Shown piece by piece: positions 17,750-24,159 of a DNA stretch of 56,171 nt (the first letter of the stretch is position 1; every line of letters starts with the position of its first letter). Below the pieces are notes generated by a model, which made no database searches, was not told the DNA's origin, and saw nothing but the letters and a program-made list of their open reading frames with translations. The translations under genes were made by a program, and so were the position numbers. The stretch is taken from positions 1-56,171 of the IMG/VR virus record IMGVR_UViG_3300033143_006337; one strand, written 5' to 3'. The DNA comes from a virus (lineage: Duplodnaviria > Caudoviricetes).

Positions 17750-17990
17750 CTGAATAGTAGCTTATTAGTAACTTCGGTTCTCGGTTCTGGGCTACCCGAT
17801 TTTTTCTTTGATCCCAGTAGTTTAAATCCCAGTAACCCTAGTAACTCTTATTCTCTTATAGAGAAAGTATAGAAATAAATATAACGTAAAAATATATCCC
17901 TCCTGGGAATGGGGGTATTTGAGCTACCTTTGGCTGAAACCCTTGGGGCTCAAGGCTTAGATAGGTAACTTTTAGAGTTACCTGCGAAAA
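17750..17990. other. Probable replication origin
   Basis: Non-coding gap after primase with nine RGTARY hexamers flanking an AT-rich core (about 17847-17897) and palindrome AGGTAACT-N5-AGTTACCT. Confidence 0.55.
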
Positions 17991-18075
17991 TAAAAAACCA
18001 AATTGTTTTTGGCATAAGTACCAATTTTTTACTATAAGTTAAGTTTTTGTTTATAATTTCTTCAATGCACTTTTT

Positions 18076-18264
18076 ATGAAAGGTAAAATTATGGGAGAGA
18101 AAGCAAAGTGGATTAAAGTTGTTGATGTGAAAACATGGGTAATGATTGTTCCTAGCGGTCTTGTTTTTCGTTCTTATTGTCAAGGTTGTGAGAATGCATC
18201 AATGGTGTTTGTACCAATGATTGAAAAAGTTGCAAAGGAATGGATCGAGAACAATAAATCTTGA
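18076..18264 (+). CDS. Hypothetical protein
   Basis: TWVMIVPSGLVFRS...MVFVP; likely start at the second Met. Confidence 0.6.
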   Translation: MKGKIMGEKAKWIKVVDVKTWVMIVPSGLVFRSYCQGCENASMVFVPMIEKVAKEWIENNKS

Positions 18265-18289
18265 TATCACTGTTTAACGATTGTACTGT
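18261..18289 (+). promoter_or_regulatory. Sigma70-like promoter with operator in spacer
   Basis: TTGATA-17-TACTGT with TG extension; CACTGTTTAACGATT at 18268-18282. Confidence 0.5.
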
Positions 18290-18295
18290 AGAGCG

Positions 18296-18529
18296 ATGAG
18301 AGCTTGTAAACTTTTCAGATCTGGTAGCTGGTTTTCAATTTGTCCAACATGCGAAACGATTTTGATCATGGGGGACACAAGTGATTTGTTCTTTTACTAC
18401 GGTTCGAGCTTTCATTGTTCTGAGTGTGATGAGCATTTAGTTTTAGACATGAGGAGATTAGAGAATGCAAGAGAATTTGTCGGGGAGCAATCCGGTTTTC
18501 GCAGCAACGATATTGAGGAGCTTTGTTAG
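18296..18529 (+). CDS. Zinc-ribbon protein
   Basis: CPTC and CSEC; ATG at 18296 lies at the predicted transcription start, possibly leaderless. Confidence 0.55.
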   Translation: MRACKLFRSGSWFSICPTCETILIMGDTSDLFFYYGSSFHCSECDEHLVLDMRRLENAREFVGEQSGFRSNDIEELC

Positions 18530-18818
18530 CTGGGCAGAAAAGGATAAACTTTTTGAGAAAAGTTATGACAAGCTAAAGGATGAAGCCAAAGAAATGATAA
18601 AGGCTAGTCTTTCTGAAATTGGAGAGTTACAGCCAGCTGCTTTTGAGCATTGGTGGTTATTGAATCACATGAGATTCCAAAAAGTTCCACAAATGCAGCA
18701 ACGTCCAGCTTATGAAATGGTAAGGACTTTTCTTTGCAAACACGTTAGGGGTGAGTTGAGAGATGTTAGAACAAAGGAAAAGAACAGGAGCCCCAAAGGG
18801 GGGAAAGAAACCTCTTAG
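18465..18818 (+). CDS. Hypothetical protein
   Basis: GAGGAG RBS, 117 aa. Confidence 0.6.
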   Translation: MQENLSGSNPVFAATILRSFVSWAEKDKLFEKSYDKLKDEAKEMIKASLSEIGELQPAAFEHWWLLNHMRFQKVPQMQQRPAYEMVRTFLCKHVRGELRDVRTKEKNRSPKGGKETS

Positions 18819-18975
18819 CGAAGTTGAAGAAACTGTCATCGTAGCTTTTAAAGTTCCTAAGAGTACAAAAGAGCGATTTAAAAGGGCTTCTCAAAACCTG
18901 GGGTTTCGTGAGTTTTCGGGGCTTCTCAGAGTGATTATGGATTCGTGGTTAAAAGAGTATGAGAAAACTGTTTAA
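18763..18975 (+). CDS. Ribbon-helix-helix-like DNA-binding protein
   Basis: GAPKGGK basic arm, VIVAFKV strand, two helices ending FSGLLRVIMDSWL. Confidence 0.65.
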   Translation: MLEQRKRTGAPKGGKKPLSEVEETVIVAFKVPKSTKERFKRASQNLGFREFSGLLRVIMDSWLKEYEKTV

Positions 18976-19134
18976 ATGGTTGTGGGGTATTTTGTGGAAG
19001 TCTGAAAGCTGGCCGGATGAGCTTCCAGAGAAGGATGATTTTGAGCTTGATACAGATGAAGATGTTTATTAAATAACTTATCTAGAAAAAACCCAATGAT
19101 TTCAGTCTCCGGGAGACTTTTCTAAAAAATTCCT

Positions 19135-19163
19135 TGACATTAATTAATAGTTAACTTACCTTG
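19135..19163 (+). promoter_or_regulatory. Sigma70-like promoter
   Basis: TTGACA-17-TACCTT in a non-coding gap. Confidence 0.5.
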
Positions 19164-19448
19164 TTTTCTTCATCGATGGTGGTATCGATGCGGTTAAGGA
19201 ATGAATGCCAAAAGGTTTTAATGTTTGTAAACGTAACACATAAAAGACCAGTCAGATGCTTGATGCATTGCCACTTAGCAGATGTTTGGGATGACTTACC
19301 TAATAAAGTTAAAAATTATATTGCAGATATTGAGCAAAGAGCAGACCCAGCTGGAGAATGCCAGGACAGAGCTTTTTTGTTGGATTTAGTTGATTCTCTT
19401 ATGAGTAAGCTTAAAGAATTGGAGGAGGAAAGTGGAAGTAACAAGTAG
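19161..19448 (+). CDS. Hypothetical protein (start uncertain, probably later)
   Basis: C-terminal LPNKVKNYIADIEQRADPAG domain looks genuine; the 5' part overlaps a promoter. Confidence 0.55.
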   Translation: MFSSSMVVSMRLRNECQKVLMFVNVTHKRPVRCLMHCHLADVWDDLPNKVKNYIADIEQRADPAGECQDRAFLLDLVDSLMSKLKELEEESGSNK

Positions 19449-19656
19449 AAAAATCGGAGCAAGAAGTTATAAGTGTAAGCAGCATAACGTTAGTATAGAT
19501 TTCTTTTCTCATGCAAGTATAGGCGTACCAACTAGGTTAGTAAATTTTGATATTGAGATAGATGATAGAAGATATGAATTTGAGTTAGAAAAGGAAGATG
19601 TTGATTATTTCTTAGTGATGTTTAAAAACTTAAAGGTTGAGTTTGATGGAAACTAA
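19432..19656 (+). CDS. Hypothetical protein
   Basis: GGAGG RBS, GTG start. Confidence 0.6.
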   Translation: MEVTSRKIGARSYKCKQHNVSIDFFSHASIGVPTRLVNFDIEIDDRRYEFELEKEDVDYFLVMFKNLKVEFDGN

Positions 19657-20029
19657 TAAGGGTATTGCTTGGAAGAAAAATTGTGTTTATTCACAGAGAT
19701 ATTCCAATGGCTATGTTGGAATAGATTGGGGGAGAGAAGTGAAACAAAAAGAGCATTGCGGTAAGTGTGATTTTATCTCTTTAGAAGTGCAGACTGAAGA
19801 AGGGAAAAATATTTATGAGTTTAGAGAGGTTTGGAAAGCTCTTGAGTTTATCGAGCATGTAAGGAACTTTTCTAAAGGTGAAATTATCAAAACAGATATC
19901 AAGGAGATTTGTGAAGATGGAAAAGAATGTTGGAGGCAGGCCATACCGGGACAAGTTACAGAAGACAGTAATAACGAGCATAAGCCTTCTGGAGAAAGAA
20001 CACCTGGAGCTAACGAAGAATGCTTATAG
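19637..20029 (+). CDS. Hypothetical protein
   Basis: Overlap-coupled ORF; 3' third overlaps the next gene. Confidence 0.5.
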   Translation: MSLMETNKGIAWKKNCVYSQRYSNGYVGIDWGREVKQKEHCGKCDFISLEVQTEEGKNIYEFREVWKALEFIEHVRNFSKGEIIKTDIKEICEDGKECWRQAIPGQVTEDSNNEHKPSGERTPGANEECL

Positions 20030-20114
20030 ATATAAGATGAGTATTTCTGAATTTGTGCGGTTTTTATTTAATTATTGGAAAGAAAAAATTGAACCATTGG
20101 AGCCAAAGAAATGA
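19917..20114 (+). CDS. Ribbon-helix-helix-like DNA-binding protein
   Basis: GGRP arm, ITSISL strand, A.RYKMSISEFVRFL helix pattern; AAGGAG upstream of MEKNV. Confidence 0.65.
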   Translation: MEKNVGGRPYRDKLQKTVITSISLLEKEHLELTKNAYRYKMSISEFVRFLFNYWKEKIEPLEPKK

Positions 20115-20359
20115 GTATCAAGGAAGAGCATAAGCAGAAAGTTCAAGCAGTTGGGGATAGAGTTGTAGGGTTAAGAGAAGAGCTTAGAAAAGCTTTAAGG
20201 GGAAGTCTAGTAAAGGAGAAGCTAAAAGCCAATCCAAGAGATCCTAATGATATTGTCATTGACTGGATTATAAGTGAGTTCGCTGTAGTGATCTATACTC
20301 AAGAACAATTAATCAACAACTGGAATAATTTAATGAAAGGAGGAGATACCCCACAATGA
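20111..20359 (+). CDS. Hypothetical protein
   Basis: ATGA-coupled ORF. Confidence 0.6.
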   Translation: MSIKEEHKQKVQAVGDRVVGLREELRKALRGSLVKEKLKANPRDPNDIVIDWIISEFAVVIYTQEQLINNWNNLMKGGDTPQ

Positions 20360-20529
20360 ACAAGCTAATGTTAATGGATGCTGTAGAAAAAGCAAAGTTT
20401 TTGGAAGCGCAAAGGAAGAGAAAGATTAGACCATGCAGAAAACATGGAAAGAATTTTATGGAATGGAGCGAAGACTTGCAGGCTTTTCTTTGCATTTTGT
20501 GTGGATATAAAAAAGAGATAAGGGGGTAA
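20356..20529 (+). CDS. Small zinc-ribbon protein (not in ORF track)
   Basis: AGGAGG RBS; MNKLMLMD...CRKH...CILCGY, 57 aa. Confidence 0.6.
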   Translation: MNKLMLMDAVEKAKFLEAQRKRKIRPCRKHGKNFMEWSEDLQAFLCILCGYKKEIRG

Positions 20530-20535
20530 AGGACA

Positions 20536-20808
20536 TTGAATATGGGAACATGCCTACATGGAGAAAAAGATTGGTGTTACCAATGTTGGAATGAAAGAAA
20601 ATATGGATTTGGGGCTGAGCTTGGTAAGCCTAAGTTGTTAAAATATGAAATTATTACGATAAAGAAACAATTAGAACTGATTGCAAGTATTCATAAAGAA
20701 TACATCCTTAAGGATTTTGAAAATGCTTCTGAAGAGATGGAGTACTTGAGGGTACATTTAAGTTCAGCAAGTCTTATTGCAGAACATACTTTGAAAGGCA
20801 TTTTATAA
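20536..20808 (+). CDS. Hypothetical protein
   Basis: CLHG...CYQC N-terminus. Confidence 0.55.
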   Translation: MNMGTCLHGEKDWCYQCWNERKYGFGAELGKPKLLKYEIITIKKQLELIASIHKEYILKDFENASEEMEYLRVHLSSASLIAEHTLKGIL

Positions 20809-20822
20809 ATTAAGGAACCAAA

Positions 20823-21044
20823 ATGATATTTCTATTAGGAGCAGGAAAGAGGTTTGAAATGATTACTAACTTGACAATTTACAACACTGCAGGACTTTTA
20901 CTTTTTGGTTATGCAGTCTTTGAAAAAGGTTTTTCGGGATGGTGGTTTTTAGCCTACATTGGGATTAGTATGATATTCTATGGCATGGTAAAAAAAGATG
21001 ATAGAAAAGAATGGAGTAAAAAATCCCCGCATTCCGATACTTAA
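20823..21044 (+). CDS. Small two-helix membrane protein
   Basis: Two hydrophobic segments around SGWWFL. Confidence 0.6.
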   Translation: MIFLLGAGKRFEMITNLTIYNTAGLLLFGYAVFEKGFSGWWFLAYIGISMIFYGMVKKDDRKEWSKKSPHSDT

Positions 21045-21286
21045 TTAAACCAATCTCCTGTACAAAATGCAAGGAAAGCCCACTATACTTGATTTTTGAT
21101 ACTGAGCAATCTGAAAAGGTTCCTGTTTGCATCTTCAAAGCAACACCTGGGATCTTGACGGATTTAATAAGTTGGTTTAATCAATATAATATATCCATGT
21201 TCGATTGTAAGCTTTACCAGCCTGAAACAGTTACCAAAAAGCTGTTTAAGAAATATCTTCTTGCCGCTACAAAATTATCCATATAG
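20998..21286 (+). pseudogene. Probably interrupted gene (ORF 21089..21286 is its 3' part)
   Basis: Frame stays open upstream of 21089 (KIPAFRYLIKPISCTKC) to a TAA at 21017; removing one A of the A6 run at 21018-21023 joins it to ATG 20998. Confidence 0.4.
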
Positions 21287-21321
21287 AATCGTTTAACAAT
21301 TGCCTTATTAAATGCTACAAT
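21287..21321 (+). promoter_or_regulatory. Candidate late promoter with overlapping palindromic operator
   Basis: TTAACA-17-TACAAT with TG extension upstream of the terminase operon; AATCGTTTAACAATT at 21287-21301. Confidence 0.55.
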
Positions 21322-21373
21322 TTAAGTAGGTAAAAATATACTGGTTTTTATCAATCCATAAGTTAATAAGCAT

Positions 21374-22018
21374 ATGAAAACTAATAAACCAATAGAATCT
21401 AATAAATTTCATAAAATCAATTGGGAGCATTTGTTTGATGAGTGGATGATTGTGGGCATGCCCAACAAGTATACGTTTCTAGCCGAGAAAGGATTAAATC
21501 CTAAGAGTGAGATTTGTCAAAGACAGATGGCATTTTGGGAAAAAGGTATTGCAAAGGTTCTCGATAATGTAACTCTTTCTCATCGTGAGTATTTAGAGAT
21601 AGGTGGAAAAACTCCTGCTAATGCAACATCTTGGGAGATTATCCAGAGATTCCGAGAAGCGCAAGCCAGGGCAGATTTTCGTAGGGCGAATATGCTTGCT
21701 AAGCATGTTGAGAATCAGATAGCTCAAGGTTGGGAAGAAGTAACCACAAGAGATCCTGCTACTCTTAAAGAGGTTGTTGAGTACAGATCTACCATCCCTG
21801 CAGTTAAGCTAAATCATTTGGCAACTACAATTGAGAAGATTCAGAGGATACAGAGATTAGCTCTTGGATTGTCTACTGATAACCTTGGTGTTGCTGATCC
21901 TACGACAACAGAAACTCATGTAGAGCAGGATAAGAAGGAAAGTAAAGGACCAGTGTTTATTGTGGAGACAACAGAGAGTGGAAAATTTAAGGCACCTAAA
22001 CCTAAACGTGTAGAATAA
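21374..22018 (+). CDS. terS: Putative terminase small subunit
   Basis: Position upstream of TerL; N-terminal INWE.L..EW helix motif and KIQRIQRLALGL segment. Confidence 0.65.
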   Translation: MKTNKPIESNKFHKINWEHLFDEWMIVGMPNKYTFLAEKGLNPKSEICQRQMAFWEKGIAKVLDNVTLSHREYLEIGGKTPANATSWEIIQRFREAQARADFRRANMLAKHVENQIAQGWEEVTTRDPATLKEVVEYRSTIPAVKLNHLATTIEKIQRIQRLALGLSTDNLGVADPTTTETHVEQDKKESKGPVFIVETTESGKFKAPKPKRVE

Positions 22019-22030
22019 GGAGTTTGATAA

Positions 22031-22258
22031 ATGAAGAAAGAACAATACCCAGCAAAGGCTTTTTTTTCTCAGAAAATGGATGTTGATGAGATTGAAAAAT
22101 CAAATAAGCATAGAGAGAAGTTTGCTGAACTTGCCGAGCTACTCCAACAAGATTTGCCGATGAATGCATATCTTGTGGAAGCTGTTGACCTGTTGGAGAA
22201 TGCCGCTATGTACGCAACTAAGGCGTTTAGCCATAAAGATTATAAATCAGAGTTATAG
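22031..22258 (+). CDS. Acb2/Tad1-like helical hairpin protein
   Basis: F....D.DEI.....REKFAELAELL...LP......A...LENAAMYATKAFS pattern. Confidence 0.55.
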   Translation: MKKEQYPAKAFFSQKMDVDEIEKSNKHREKFAELAELLQQDLPMNAYLVEAVDLLENAAMYATKAFSHKDYKSEL

Positions 22259-22271
22259 TAGAAAGAATAGC

Positions 22272-22303
22272 AAAACCCTAGCAACAATTTGCTAGGGTTT
22301 TTT
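22272..22303 (+). terminator. Intrinsic terminator
   Basis: AAAACCCTAGCAA-caat-TTGCTAGGGTTTTTT perfect stem with T tail. Confidence 0.85.
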
Positions 22304-22360
22304 AAACAGTTCATCTTTTACCATTCTTTTCATTCAAGGAAGTAATAAAAGTATTTTAGC

Positions 22361-22552
22361 ATGGATGCAAATAGAAAAAAAGAGCGAGAATTAGAAGTTC
22401 AGATCTGTAACTTAAAGCTTGAGCTTGGAAGGCTAAAGAGAGTATTGAGGCTAGCAAATGATTTTGTTGAAACTGGAGAAGATCTTTATTTATACAGACT
22501 TAAGCAGGAGATTAAAAGGCTTAAGATAATTGAGGGGGCATGGAAAGCCTGA
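22361..22552 (+). CDS. Small coiled-coil protein
   Basis: 63 aa overlapping TerL start. Confidence 0.55.
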   Translation: MDANRKKERELEVQICNLKLELGRLKRVLRLANDFVETGEDLYLYRLKQEIKRLKIIEGAWKA

Positions 22553-23994
22553 TGTTTTTAGAGAATGCCCCAGAGCAAGTTACTATTATCCTACCAGAAC
22601 CACATGAAGAACAACGAATATTTTTTGATTGGCATTTGTTACATCCAGTTGCACAAGTTTTAGTTGCTCCTTGTGGTACGAAATTTGGTAAATCTTATGG
22701 CTGTTCTCTTTGGCTTGCTAGGGAAGCACTAGAGAATCCAGGCTCCTTCTGTGTTTGGATTGCACCAACTTATCTTAAAGCAAAAATTGGGTATAGATAT
22801 TTAAAAGCAATGCTCAACATTGGTGGGGATTTTGTTGAGTGTTTAGATGGGCTTCTTGAGATACGTTTTTGCAATTCATCTTTCATCAAGTTTCTTCATG
22901 GTAAAGATGCTGAAGTTACTGTTGAAGGTGAAGGAGTAGATAGATTTGTAATTGATGAAGGTGGAAAAACAGCGAAGCAGTTATGGTATTCCCTCTTTAC
23001 TACGATAACTCAAACAATGGGTAAGGGAATTATAACTGGAACTCCAAAAGGTTTTAATTGGTACTATGATGTTTTTAGGACTGCAAAGAGAGGAGATCCT
23101 TTTTATTGCTGGGCTCATTTAATGACAGAGGATTCTCCTTATGTGAAACCTAAAGCGATTGAGCAAGCCAAAAGATTATTGCCAAAGGCTCTTTTCGATC
23201 AATACTATCGAGCAATGTTTGTCTCATCGGGCTCAGTGTTCGGAGATCTTTCAGGAATATGGGAAGAAGGTTTAAAAATTCCTGAAGGTAGAGTTAGATT
23301 CTGGGTACATCCTGATGAGAAGGAAAGATTAAAAGACACAATACATGGAATTGACTTAGCCAAGATGCAAGATTGGACTATTTTTTATTCTGTTAATGTT
23401 GATGGGGCTTTGACTGGTTATTGTAGATTTAGGCATACTCCGTACACTCGGCAGGTGCAAAGAGTAGAAGAGTATTTGAAAAGATTTTATCCTAAGACAG
23501 ATAACCATATTCGTTATGATGCAACTGGGGTAGGTATTGCTGTTGGCGATATTTTGGCTGATTCTGAGGTAGATGCTTCTGTAACTCCAGTTACATTTAC
23601 AAATAAATCTAAGCAAGAGATGGTAACAAGAACCACTATTGCAATTGAGCAAGGTTGGCATAAAGCACCAAGGATCGAAGATATAGAGCATGAGTTTGCA
23701 TCTTATGAAGTTTCTGTAACTCGCTCTGGTCTGCATTCTTATGCTGCTCCAGACGGGGAGCATGATGATATCGTAAGTGCTGGAATGCTTGCTATCAGTG
23801 GAGCCTACCAATCTTGTCAGGCTGAAGAAGCTGAGAAGCTGTTAGAGGAAATAATGGGTGGTAAGATAGAAAAGGACGAAGATTCTTTGGGAGAGTATGC
23901 TAAAGAAGCAGGGCTCAAACCTGGGGATGATGATTTCTTTAATGATTCTGATGAAGTAGAAGATGACTTTGATTTCAATGAGGATACTGCGTAA
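22540..23994 (+). CDS. terL: Terminase large subunit
   Basis: PHEEQ, Walker A variant GTKFGKS, WIAPT, FVIDE, TGTPKG, GIDLA, YDATGVG, HDDIV. Confidence 0.95.
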   Translation: MESLMFLENAPEQVTIILPEPHEEQRIFFDWHLLHPVAQVLVAPCGTKFGKSYGCSLWLAREALENPGSFCVWIAPTYLKAKIGYRYLKAMLNIGGDFVECLDGLLEIRFCNSSFIKFLHGKDAEVTVEGEGVDRFVIDEGGKTAKQLWYSLFTTITQTMGKGIITGTPKGFNWYYDVFRTAKRGDPFYCWAHLMTEDSPYVKPKAIEQAKRLLPKALFDQYYRAMFVSSGSVFGDLSGIWEEGLKIPEGRVRFWVHPDEKERLKDTIHGIDLAKMQDWTIFYSVNVDGALTGYCRFRHTPYTRQVQRVEEYLKRFYPKTDNHIRYDATGVGIAVGDILADSEVDASVTPVTFTNKSKQEMVTRTTIAIEQGWHKAPRIEDIEHEFASYEVSVTRSGLHSYAAPDGEHDDIVSAGMLAISGAYQSCQAEEAEKLLEEIMGGKIEKDEDSLGEYAKEAGLKPGDDDFFNDSDEVEDDFDFNEDTA

Positions 23995-24155
23995 TGACTA
24001 AAGCAAGTAAGAGAAGATTATTTAATAAGGGAAAACTGCGGAAAAATTCAGTTGAATCTGATAATGATATGATAGGTAATAAAAGGAAGCTGTCAAAGAG
24101 AAGAAAAAAGAATAAGATATCTGCTAAGTCTCGTAAGCAAAATAGAAAAGGATAA
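23994..24155 (+). CDS. Very basic 53-aa protein (not in ORF track)
   Basis: TAATG coupling to TerL; MTKASKRRLFNKGKLRK...SRKQNRKG fills the gap to the portal. Confidence 0.6.
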   Translation: MTKASKRRLFNKGKLRKNSVESDNDMIGNKRKLSKRRKKNKISAKSRKQNRKG

Positions 24156-24159
24156 TAGC

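Noticed and set aside
17698-18075. CRISPR mini-array or tRNA in the largest intergenic gap
   Set aside because: Repeats are 6-9 bp and irregularly spaced; no cloverleaf or T-loop motif; ORF 17950..18183 on the minus strand is probably spurious
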